Source: Octopus sinensis (taxonomy: Eukaryota). Taken from it: a stretch of 64,000 bases of DNA. The position numbers and the translations under genes were made by a program. The stretch covers positions 91,326,001 to 91,390,000 of the forward strand of contig NC_043005.1 in the NCBI RefSeq assembly GCF_006345805.1, given 5' to 3'. The notes under the pieces are model-generated. The model did not search any database. It was not told where the DNA came from and was given only the letters and a program-made list of their open reading frames with translations. Position 1 is the stretch's first letter. Each line of letters begins with the position of its first letter. This document shows, in pieces, positions 37,346-48,335 of the stretch.

Positions 37346-38918
37346 GATTTTGATTTATGTTACAAATATATATTTTGAAGGAGAGTGAATGTATAAGTGG
37401 AGATTGTGATATTTGTATAGCAATAAAATGTCGTTACCGTATATATAACAATTATAGTGTGTATTTGTTTCATAGGAGAAAACCTGAGTGATGTATGCTT
37501 GTTGACTGTGATATTTGAATAGTAATATAATATGGTTGTTATTTGTAACAGAACCATAATATTTGCATGGCAGTTCAAACATCTTTTAGAAAACTGAATT
37601 TCTTTAGTATGGGACGACTGCTTTTGAGATGCTACAAAAAAGTTGACTCCTGATTTAGAAGCAAGAGTCAATTTGTGCTATTAGACTAGTTGTATTGGGG
37701 TAAATTAATGTGCAGTAAAGATTTTAAATCGTTCTCATTTTGTGATTCATTTAATGTTGGCAAGACTGATAGCTTTGAAGATCTAAAAAAGTGTTGCAGT
37801 GTTAAGATGGTCTAGGTGCATTCCAGTAAGATCTCACAGCTACTTATCAAAGATGGGTTGGTATTTAATAATGTCCAAAGTGTATTTAAATACCGTTTTT
37901 AATGTGGAGTTGTGAACTTGAAAATAAAATTCCCTATGTTATTTGTGGTCTGAGGAGCAAGAAAACTTTGGCAAGTGGTACCACAGCTGAAATTTTTTAG
38001 TTTTTATCTTTGTTGAAACTCACACTTATCTCCAATGTGACTTATTCTTAAGTTTTGTTGGTTAAGTATTCATTCTTGGCAAACTACTAAACTTCAAACA
38101 CTTGCAGAGAGGATCTTATATGAGTCGGTATGGATTTCACAGCTAACATAGTATTCTATTCAAGTGAAGGGGAAATACAGAAAGCAGCAGGGGGGCCTCA
38201 ATAGTCAGGCAAGTTAGGACAGCAATATACCTTTGTAAAGCTCACAAAAACAACATACCAAAATAACTATTGTATTTCTTGGCCTCTCAAAAATATTTGA
38301 TTCTGCTACCCATCTTGATGGTCTTCAGCTCCACTACTAGATTTAACAAAGTAAGGTTGAGTTAATGCAAGAGTTTTCATGGCACCATAGGGTATGGTTG
38401 AAAAAAAGATGGTATAGTCATGGCTGAAACTTCTTTTATGATTTGTTTGCGTGATTAAATTGTTCAGATGAATATCTGAAAATTTGGCATTCGCTGTGAT
38501 TTTTAACTGGGCTGTATCTTGACTCTCACCTTATTTGGTAATGTTGTCTTAGTGCTACTTCCTCATGCCTTCCTTTTACCATCAAGCATACTGTTCATGT
38601 CTTGAAGTGAAGACATCTCAAGGGTGTGCATTCAGTTACACTTTAACACATATGATAATGATTTTGTAGGGGAATGACCTGCAATAGTTCTGGAAGACAT
38701 TCATCTCTGTGTGTTGTAAGTTCGTAATGAAAATAAACCTGTCAAAAATTGTTAATCTCCATAATAAAGATCTGACTCTACCCAATAAATGCTTTGAGAA
38801 AACAAGTCTTTTGCTGCAATGGAAACCTTACTGCATCTCAGATTGCAAATATAGTCACTCTTGATGCTAAGTTGGACTTTCACATAAGAAAAACAACAGT
38901 GACCTTCATCTCTGTGTG

Positions 38919-38957
<39 letters not shown>

Positions 38958-39766
38958 ATATTTAGATATGTGTGGTGTAGTTAAAAACTTACCCAATAGA
39001 CTAAAAATAAAGCATGTAACTTCTGCATTATATTAGATCTGGACCATCTGTTGCATAAAATACTAGGAACTCAATGCGTTTCACTTTTTTGTGTATATCA
39101 AATTTAGGTTTCACCATTAAGGGACCAAATCTTTAATATTTGGGTGCTACTATTGCCAGCGACAACAGACATGCTTACACTGTAATTACACATCTTACTA
39201 GTCAGTTGCCTACTACACCAAACAGGGCTTGTCTCATATAAATGGTGTCTATTTACAAAAAGGAACAGAGTAACAATCATATATACAACTTGAACAGACA
39301 CACATGCAGACACGTCTACACACGTACATAAATACTCACATATATACATGCATGTACACATCTACGTACATGCACACATACATAAACACATATATATCAT
39401 GAACTTTTTAACCTTGGTGTGAAATAGTTTTTTTCCCTAGGGTTTTTTTCCAGTGCGTTCAATGTTATCTTGCCTCCAAAGATTTGGCTGCTATTTCTAA
39501 CATGCCCTGCTACTACGTGACAATTATTTCCGATAAGGGATCTGACATACCTGTTATGTAGTAGCAGCTAAATTTTTCCTTTTCTTCGTGAAAGGAGCCA
39601 TTTACGTGTGATTTTGATGTCACATTCATTGAAAGCATGTAAAATAACCTGGAAAAGAAAAGACCCATGAAACAAAACTCCGTTGCTGGGAAACTCAGTT
39701 TCCCAGTGACCCAACAGGTAGTCTAATAGATATATATATATATCTAGAGATTTATAAATGTGTAAT

Positions 39767-39920
39767 GTAGGAGTGGCTGTGTGGTAAGTAGATTGTTTAC
39801 CATCATGGTTCCAGGTTCAGTCCCACAGCATGTCACCTTGAGTAAGTGTCTTCTACTATAGCCTTGTGAGTGGATTTGGTAGACGAAAACTGAAAGAAGC
39901 CCGTTGTATATGTATGTGTA

Positions 39921-39971
<51 letters not shown>

Positions 39972-40103
39972 ATGTTTGTGTATCTGTGTCCCCCACCATC
40001 GCATGATGGCTGATGCTGGTGTGTTTGCACCCCCTTAACTTCAACTAAATGTGGTGCTCCAGCATGGGCGCAGTCAAATGACTGAAACAAAAGAGTAAAA
40101 AAG
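39767..40103 (+). mobile_element. CORE-type SINE with internal (TA)n(TG)n
   Basis: gtaggagtggctgtgtggtaag head, caccttgagtaagtgtcttc CORE-like block, gtgctccagcatgggcgcagtcaaatgactgaaac tail. Confidence 0.88.
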
Positions 40104-40766
40104 GTATATATTTATGTGTGTGCATATATATATATATATATATATACATACATACATACATAGGTATATATGTTTGTGCATTCAACTATGCTAGTGGTTG
40201 AATAATATTCTTAAGGCCACAATTTACTCACATGCAGCATATTTCATAGCTTGTTGCTAATTCAGTTCTTCACCAAATGGAAAATCATTAACCTTTTTGA
40301 AGAGGACTGGTCCCTAGCTACATTTTGGCATAAAAAAAAGATTGAGATTTGGTCAAGTAGAAAATTAAGCTTAAATGATAGAGCTCAATTCGAGTAATTT
40401 CATGGTATCAATCTCATGCAATGAAGTTTTAAAAAATGTTATGAGTGTTTATTTCTCAAATTTGATGGTGATAATATAGTTCTATACTTTTTTATGAATA
40501 TAGTTCTATAAGGGGACTTTTAATGCATGTCACCAGCATCATTGAGGTAAGGAAAAAACTATTAACGACACCGCTAATCGACACATTTGACACATTATTA
40601 ATTAGCATAATAGCATAGCCTGGAAAAAACATGGATTACATGGAAAAATGTGAGCAAGAGAAATAATATTCTTAAGATTGTAAACCTGGAAAATTACAGG
40701 GCAAATTATTATACTTGGAGAAGTTCAGGACAGCTGATAAAGTACAGAACAAGAACATTTTTTTTG

Positions 40767-41391
40767 TCTATGGAAACTGGGGATAGACAAATGGTTGGTA
40801 AGAGCTGTACAAACCCTGTATAGGGATGCTGTCATTAAGGTGAGGGTTGGCAACGAGTATAGTGAAGAATTCCAAGTAGAAGTAGGGGTTCATCAAGGAT
40901 CAGTCCTCAGCATTCTCTTATTCATCATAGCCCTCCAGGCAGTAACAGAGGAATTCCAGACAGGCTGCCCCTGGGAGCTCCTCTATGCTGATGACCTTGC
41001 TCTAATTGCTGAATCACTGCCAGAACTAGAGATGAAGTTTAGGGTGTGGAAGCAAGGTTTAGAATCGAAGGTCCTTAGAGTTAACCTAGCAAGAACCAAA
41101 GTCTTGGTAAGTAGGAGGGCTGACAAATCACAAACTCCTTCAAGTAGATGGCCCTGCTTGATCTGTAGAAAAGTTGTGGGTAGAAACTCGATACGATGTA
41201 CCTGGTGTAAGGTATGGACACATAAAAGGTGCGGCAATATCAAAGGAAGGTTAACCAGGAAGATAGCTTTTGTGTGTGGCAGATGCTCAGGGGCAATAAA
41301 CACTGAAGATGTACAGAAAACAAATTCCATCACTTGCTAGGGAGAAAAACTAGAAGTAGCTCATAGCTTCTGCTACCTAGGCGACCAAGTC
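40767..41391 (+). mobile_element. RTE LINE internal fragment (RT plus PHD)
   Basis: ORF 40795-41340: GVHQGSVLS, LLYADDLALIAES, RVNLARTKV, and CLIC-x10-CTWC-x4-HKRC-x14-CGRC at 41155-41286. Confidence 0.92.
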
Positions 41392-41404
41392 TGTAGATTC
41401 CGAG

Positions 41405-41590
41405 TTTGATTCCAGGCAGTGACCTGAATAATAATAATAATTATAACATTGAAAAATACCTTAGGAATGAGAACCCATGTTCAAGATTTCCCCAAGACAC
41501 CTGATGAAGGCTGGAGGGTATATCAGCCAAAACGTTGTTATCAACAAACAAGATGTGGACTAATATCCATCAAATGTAAATAATGCAAAT
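41405..41590 (+). mobile_element. Penelope-like element terminal repeat remnant carrying a hammerhead motif
   Basis: CTGATGA-A-GGCTG(N10)CAGCC-AAAACGTT at 41501-41536. Assignment to Penelope-like elements is inferred from the minimal-hammerhead architecture. Confidence 0.6.
41496..41540 (+). ncRNA. Minimal type I hammerhead ribozyme motif, probably inactive (G12A, weak stem I)
   Basis: Core CUGAUGA at 41501-41507, perfect 5-bp stem II, (G>A)AAAC, palindromic AACGUU stem III, predicted cleavage after 41536. Confidence 0.65.
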
Positions 41591-41990
41591 AATGCACACA
41601 TACCTAACACACATACACCTACATACATCAACACATGTACACATAGCTATGCGCATACACGCACAAGAACGCACATACCTCCACACCCACAACCCTACAT
41701 ACACATATACACACACATAGACACACACTTGCACATAAATGCACACATACCTCCCACACACAAACAATGCGCACATACACAATTACACATACATGGGTGT
41801 ATACACACGCACATACATGCACCCACCCACACATGCACATTTAACTCCGCATACACACAACCCCATGCACATATACACACATGCACACTCACACATGCAG
41901 ACATGACACACAACATATACATACACACACACACACACACACATACATACATGCACACACATACATACACATGCACACACGTACTTCAAA
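41575..41990. repeat. Degenerate CA-rich low-complexity tract
   Basis: Read directly from the sequence; it is the source of several spurious ORFs in the track. Confidence 0.9.
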
Positions 41991-42420
41991 CTGCCATTCA
42001 AACACATTTCTACTGACTGTGCAACATGTGAAGACACACAACTCCACAAAGGACCACCACTCCTGTTACCATGCTGCTGAATTCTTCCTACAACATTAAG
42101 TGACACAAAGTTCACTCACACATACACATATAAACAGCCAACACCACACACACACACACACACACACAGACTTGCACTCACACATACCTTCTTCTCTTAC
42201 ACTCTCCTGTCTTTGAAAGAACTTTTTCTTCACCCATTCCCTTCTGGTCATTTCAAAATGTAACCACATGTGAATCGGTGGTGATATTTTTTTTTCTCTG
42301 TCTCCGTTTTCTATTAGACGTTCCTCTGTTTCTGAAGAAGAGCTTTGCTCAAAACATTAAACCACCTGTCTTTCCTTCCCTGAGCATCTGCTAATACTTT
42401 ACGAGCACAACGTCCTCGTA
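41990..42420 (+). mobile_element. Second Penelope-like 3' remnant
   Basis: A pyrimidine-rich tail leads into ctgaagaagagctttgctcaaaacatt. No intact protein domain is readable. Confidence 0.45.
42328..42362 (+). ncRNA. Minimal type I hammerhead ribozyme motif, probably inactive (two CpG-type changes)
   Basis: Stem I GTTT(42328-31)/AAAC(42359-62), CUGAAGA at 42332-42338, stem II GAGC-TTT-GCTC, then AAAACATT where GAAACGTT is expected. Confidence 0.65.
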
Positions 42421-42883
42421 GTTGTGGGTTTTTTTGTGTTTTTACTTAGTTTTTTTTTTTTTATTTACTATATATAAATGTATATAAACAGAACAAGAAC
42501 ACTTGTAGAAAAGTGTATAATATCTTTCTGATACTTTTGTCTGAAGAATTACTGATAGCAAAGTCTGTACATTTTTTCTGCTTGTATATATTTTTGATTC
42601 CTGTCCTATAATTTTGCCATTCCTCTGTGATATGTGTATATATGTATGCATGTACGTATATATGCATATTTATATGTGTATATGTGTGTGTTCACATGCA
42701 TATATGTGTGTAGGATGACCTCAGGACACTGAGCCTTACAGAAGTGCTGAGAAGGGTCAAAATATCTGGACCTTTGTTGTACTCAAGAAGACACATTCTC
42801 CCCAGCAGAATTAATGCCACTCCCCTTGCTAAAAGGGATTGGCCTTCAAGAGCCTTGTGTTGGTGTCACATAACAGCACTCAT

Positions 42884-43061
42884 GCTGGTGCCATGTAAAA
42901 AGCTCTTGTGCCTGCACCATGTAATAGCATTAAGAAAGGCATCCAGCTGTAGAAACCAGGCCAAATCAGACTGGGACCTGGTGCAGCTCTTCTGCTTGTC
43001 AACTGTAGTCAAACCATCCAACCCATGCCAACATGGAAATTTCGGGCGTTAAATGATGATG
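42884..43061 (+). mobile_element. Short RTE 3' end
   Basis: aaggcatccagctgtagaaacc...ccatgccaacatggaa...cgttaaatgatgat. Confidence 0.8.
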
Positions 43062-43087
43062 TATATACCTGTTTGCATGTGTCTATG

Positions 43088-43427
43088 TATCATCATCATT
43101 GTTTAACGTTCGCTTTCCATGCTAGCATGGGTTCGACGATTTGACTGAGGACTTGCAAACTAGAAGGCTGCACCAGGCTTCAATCTTGATCTGGCAGAGT
43201 TTCTACAGTTGGATGCCCTTCCTAACGCCAACCACTCCGAGAGTGTAGTGGGTGCTGTTACGTGCCACCGGCACGGGCGCCAGTCAGGCGGTACTGGCAA
43301 CGGCCACACTCAAATGGTGCTTTTTATGTACCACCTGCACAGGAGCCAGTCCAGCGGCACTGGCAACGACCTCGCTCGAATGTTTTTTCACATGCCACCA
43401 ACACAAGTACCAGTAAGGCGACACAGG
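43088..43427 (-). mobile_element. RTE 3' end, tail-to-tail with the previous copy
   Basis: (CAT)n tail, CCATGCTAGCATGG and UTR modules. Confidence 0.88.
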
Positions 43428-44013
43428 TATATACATGTTAATGTATATACATGTGTGAATGCATCAAATTTGTACAGTGTATATATTTTGTATATTCACT
43501 AACATTGATAGAAATAGTACTTTTTGAGTGGATCAAAGGCCAATTTTTGTGAGTATAGTTAACAGTACTTTCTTTATCAGCCCTTCTGAAAGATTAAAAG
43601 GAAAAGTCATGATGAAGTAAAGCGATAGGGTGGTAGTGTAATTCCAGTTTGTGTTTTAGGTTCTCTTTTTGCTTCTTTTATGTAGTGATAGCCACACCTA
43701 GAAAACTATTGTGTCTGCTTGTTATGGCCTCAGGACTCGGAAATACTTAGAAGCAAACAGTAAGATGTTTTCCAGTGTGTCGTATCAAGAAGATAAGGTG
43801 TGGGTGGAGGCTTTCAATTTACCAAACATTATTTCAAATTGTATCATTATCATTAAGAAATTTATCCAAACTATTGTAGGTGCACTGGCGCTCAATGACT
43901 ATAAAAATATCAAATAGCTAATAAGAGCTAAGTCAAGAAAAATTCAGATTTTTAAGGGATTAATCTTGGATTGAACAAAGAATATATATCTGTATTCTAA
44001 AATTGTATTATAT

Positions 44014-44169
44014 GTGGTTGTGTGGTAAGTAGCTTGCTTACGAACCACATGGTTCCGGGTTCAGTCCCATTGCGTGGCACCTTGGGCAAGTGTCTTCTAC
44101 TATAGCCTCAGGCCGACCAAAGCCTTGTGAGTGGATTTGGTAGACGAAAACTGAAAGAAGCCAGTCATA

Positions 44170-44213
<44 letters not shown>

Positions 44214-44461
44214 GTGTGCACGTGTGTGTTTGTGTATGTTTATGTGTCGGTGTTTGTTCCCCCCTCCCAACATCGCTTGACAACCAATGCTGGTCTGTTT
44301 ACATCCCCGTAACTTAGCGGTTCGGCACAAGAGACCGATAGAATAAGTACTAGGCTTACAAAGAATAAGTCCTTACAAAGAATAACCGTGGTCAATTTGC
44401 TCAACTATAAGGTTGTGCTCCAGCATGGCCACAGTCAAATGACTGAAACAAGTAAAAGAGT
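44014..44461 (+). mobile_element. CORE-type SINE, near full length
   Basis: tRNA-like head, tggcaccttgggcaagtgtcttc CORE block, internal (TA)n, a short internal duplication of ttacaaagaataa, and the gtaaaagag tail. Confidence 0.9.
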
Positions 44462-45159
44462 ATATGGGGTGATAAGTACATGTCGGCTTAAGAAAATTGA
44501 TGTTATAATGGAGCTTTGAGTCTGGATCAAGTTGTTGCTTTACATTAGAGTATTTCGATCGGTTATTATCTGTTCCAGAGAAAGTGAATGTAACAATGAA
44601 AGTCCTGACAGTAACAGTGATTTTAAAATAAATAGTAAAATGAGGGACTGAAAGCTAATCTTAGGAATATTAGGGTTATTTATGTAACCAAGCACACAAC
44701 CTGATTTAATTTGTTTTATGATCCTAATTTCACTGGCATTAGTAAAGTATTTGGATTATTGGAATCTTTATAAGAATGAAAACTTTACAATTTACTTCTA
44801 GCATATTTATTTATTTAATATAATCCCTCTGCAACTACTAAGTCTGTGCTTTTTGCAGACATAAACAAAGTTTATTATTTGTTAAGTTGAAAGATTAATT
44901 TGTAGTAATTGAATGAAAGAAATTTATTCTAAACTGTGTTCATGAGAAGGAAAAAAAAAATATCCTTAATTGCCCAGTGCAACTATAAACAAGTTACTCA
45001 CGGATTTAAACAATTGAAGCATGGTCCAAATTGGTCAGTATTTTCTTAAAGTGCAATGTTCTATTCATATCCTACAAGGAGCAAATTTTTGCACTATTGA
45101 TGGTCAAGTATCTATCAGTGGCTTAAAACTATTAAATGTTATATGTATGTATATATATA

Positions 45160-46446
45160 TAAGGAAGGCTAACTAGGAAGATGGTTTTTGTATGTGGCAG
45201 ATGCTCGGGAGCATAAACCTCTGAAAATCTGCAGAAAACAACTTCCGTCACTTTCCAGGGGGAAAAACTAGAAGTAGTTGATAGCTTCCATTATCTTGGT
45301 GACCAAGTCAGTAGTGGGGGTGGGTGTACTGAAAGTGTAACGACTAGAGTAAGAATAGCCTGGGCAAAGTTTAGGGAGCTCTTACCTTTGCTGGTGACTA
45401 AAGGCCTCTCGCTCAGAGTAAAAGGCAGACTGTATGATGCATGTGTACGAACAGCCATGCTACATGGCAGTGAAACATGGGCCGTGACTGCTGAGGACAT
45501 GCGTAAGCTCGCGAGAAATGAAGCCAGTATGCTCCGATGGATGTGTAATGTCAGTGTGCATGCTCGACAGAGCGTTAGTACCCTGAGAGAAATGTTGGAC
45601 CTAAGGAGCATCAGTTGTGGTGTGCAAGAGAGACGATTGCGCTGGTATGGTCATGTGGCGAGAATGGATGAAGATAGGTGTGTGAAAAAGTGCCAATCCC
45701 TAGCAGTGGAGGGAACCTGTGGAAGAGGTAGACCCAGGAAAACTTGGGACGAGGTGGTGAAGCACAACCTTCGAACTTTAGGTCTCACTGAGGAAATGAC
45801 CAGTGACCGAGACCTTTGGAAATATGCTGTGCGTGAAAAGACCAGGCAGGACAAGTGAGTCCAGCCCACTTATGCATGCCTTTCCTCCTTTGGACACACA
45901 AAGACCTGTTGAGGCAAGCGAAGTCGATATCAAACCTCATCCGACGACAGGCACCTATGCCAACTCCCCCTTGCTTGCGAAGACCTGTTGGGGCAAGTGA
46001 AATCGGAATCAAAATTGAACCAATCCTATGACTAGCACCCGGCAGATGCCAGGACCCCTGGACTGGAGATACGTAAAAAGCACTATCTGAATCGTGGCCG
46101 ATGCCAGTGCCGCCTCGACTGGCTTCCGTGTCGGTGGCACATAAAAAGCACCATCCGAATCGTGGCCGAAGCCAGTGCCGCCTCGACTGGCTTCCGTGCA
46201 GGTGGCACGTAAAATGCACCAATCCGACCGTGGTCGTTGCCAGCCTCGTCTGGCACCTTTGCCAGTGGCACGTAAAAAGCACCCACTACACTCACGGAGT
46301 GGTTGGCGTTAGGAAGGGCATCCAGCTGTAGAAACATTGCCAGATAAGACCGGAGCCTGGTGCAGCCTCCTGGCTTCCCAGATCCCCGGTCAAACCGTCC
46401 AACCCATGCTAGCATGGAGAACGGACGTTAAACAATGATGATGATA
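45160..46446 (+). mobile_element. RTE LINE 3' portion (end of PHD, ORF2 C-terminus, full 3' UTR)
   Basis: ORF 45388-45858 (LYDACVRTAMLHGSETW...RLRWYGHVARM...GRPRKTWDEVV), modular UTR and (ATG)n tail. Confidence 0.93.
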
Positions 46447-46832
46447 TATCATCATCGTTTAAAGTCTGTTTTCCATGCTAGCATGGGTTGGACGGTTCAA
46501 CCGGGGTTTGGGAAGCCAGGAGGCTGCACCAAGCCCCAGTTTGATCTGGCAGTGTTTCTACATCTGGATGCCCTTCCTAAAGCCAACAACTCCGTGAGTG
46601 TAGTGGGTGCTTTTTGCATGCCACTGGCTCAGGTGCCAGGCGAGGCTGGCAATGGCCATGATCGGTTGGTGCTTTTTACATGCCACCGGCACAGAAGCCA
46701 GTCAAGGCGGCACTGGCATCGGCCATGTTCGGATGGTGCATTTTACGTGCCACCAGCACAGGTATCACAACTACAATTACCATTTGATTTTTTGATGTTG
46801 ATGTACTTGACTCAATAGGTCTCCTCAAGCAC
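46447..46832 (-). mobile_element. RTE 3' end abutting the previous copy in inverted orientation
   Basis: The junction GATGATGATA|TATCATCATC is a perfect palindrome (46437-46456). Confidence 0.9.
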
Positions 46833-46857
46833 AGTGTGTGTGTGTATATATATATAT

Positions 46858-47422
46858 CATTGTCATCATCATCATTTAACGTCCGCTTTCGATGCTAGCA
46901 TGGGGTGGACGATTTGACTGAGGAAGGGCAAATCAGATGGCTGCACCAGGCTCCAATCTAATCTGGCAGAGTTTCTACAGCTGGATGCCCTTCCTAACGC
47001 CAACCACTCCGAGAGTGCAGTGGGTGCTTTTACGTGCCGCCAGCACGAGGGCCAGTCAGGCAGTACTGGCTACGGCCACACTCGAAATGGTGTTTCTTTA
47101 CGTGCCACCTGCACCGGTGTCAGTCCAGCAGCACTGGCAATGACCTCGCTCGAATGTTTTTTCACGTGCCACCGGCACAAGTGCCAGTAAGGCAATGCCC
47201 GTAATGATCACACTCAAATGTTACTTTTTACGTGCCCACCGGCATGGAAGCCAGACAACTGGTCTGGCAGTGATCCCACTCGGATGGAGCTGTTAGCGCT
47301 CCATTGACACAGGTGCCAGTCATCGAATTTGGTTCAATTTCGATTTCACTTGCTCCAACAGGTCTTCACAAGTAGAGTTTAGTGTCCAATGAAGGGAGGT
47401 TGGCATGGGAGCCTGTCGTCGG
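46858..47422 (-). mobile_element. RTE 3' UTR
   Basis: (CAT)n tail and UTR modules colinear with 32381-32940. Confidence 0.88.
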
Positions 47423-47427
47423 ATATA

Positions 47428-47501
47428 TGATTTTGATTTTGATTTTGATTTTTCCAGTTTCAGCTAATGAGCTGTGGCCATGCTGGGGCACCGCCATTTG
47501 G
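47428..47501 (-). mobile_element. Extreme 3' end of a CR1-clade LINE with (ATCAAA)n tail
   Basis: Reverse complement ccaaatggcggtgccccagcatggccacagctcattagctgaaac matches 53330-53374. Confidence 0.85.
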
Positions 47502-47597
47502 GGGCCAGTCAGGCGGTACTGGCAATGACCTCGCTTGAATCTTTTTACACATGCCACCGGCACAGGTACCAGTAGGGCGACGTTGGTAACGATCACC
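47501..47597 (-). mobile_element. Internal RTE 3' UTR fragment
   Basis: gggccagtcaggcggtactggcaatgacctcgc, as in 36988-37085. Confidence 0.8.
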
Positions 47598-48335
47598 TGT
47601 TTTTTATGCTTCTAAGATGAGCACCATGTCCAGCTTTGGTGATGTTGTGGCTATAGTTTCTGGGAAGTTCAGCCGATTCCTCAAGCTGCTGCAGGTGAGC
47701 CTTGGGAGGTGGGCCCAGCAGCTGATGTCTTCATGCCAAACATGACAAAGGCAAGTCTTCTTTGTTGGGTGGAGGCACTAGCTGTGTCTAATCCTACTGC
47801 AGATGGTGTCTGCTTTCATTTTCAGAACCTGTTTGTGTCTTCAGTGATAATACCCCTCTTTTGGACAGCTGCTAAGGATATGTTCCAAGGGTCCCTCTCT
47901 TCAGACATGGGTGGAGGATCAAGCTGATTACTCCACCGTTTCATAGCAGAACAGGTTGGATGGACTTGGTAGGACATTGTAAATTGTCTGAGTCAGATAT
48001 CCTACCTGGTGGGCTCTGCTTTCCAAAGCTCAGGCCATGAGATTTGCATTTCTTCACTAACTCCTATCTTAACCTTGCTCATCCTTAATCAATACTCACA
48101 TCTTACTCTATATCAGTAGGCTTCTGTCCATTCCTTGCCTCTGGTCAAAGTGAGGTATTGTGCTGCAACCCTGGTCGGCCTTTCCATGAGGTAAACCCAC
48201 CAACACTCTATCTTAAACTCAACTCTGCAGCCTCAACATTTTCCACTTCTCTTTTTCCCATCCTGCCTTGACCTTAATACCAGTCTGAGAGTTTGGTGGT
48301 CACAAGACTTGGTATTGCCACATCTACCCAGTGGA
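47598..48335 (-). mobile_element. Hero-like (R2-group, restriction-like endonuclease) non-LTR retrotransposon fragment
   Basis: Minus-strand frames give GIKVKAG, ISWPELWKAEP, IYNVLPSPSNLF, LEHILSSCPK (CCHC knuckle remnant), RHKQVLK and LNFPETIATTSPKLDMVLI (start of the PD..D RLE region), with stops and frameshifts. Similarity judged from recall of Hero proteins. Confidence 0.75.

Noticed and set aside
41570-42115. Several 70-110 aa ORFs rich in C/V/M or H/T
   Set aside because: They are translations of CA/TG low-complexity sequence with no domain; the same applies to 59246-60043, 39744-40090 and 19313-19711.
45950-46290. Regularly spaced direct repeats resembling a CRISPR array
   Set aside because: The context is eukaryotic, the intervening sequences are themselves homologous, and there are no cas genes; these are the RTE 3' UTR modules.
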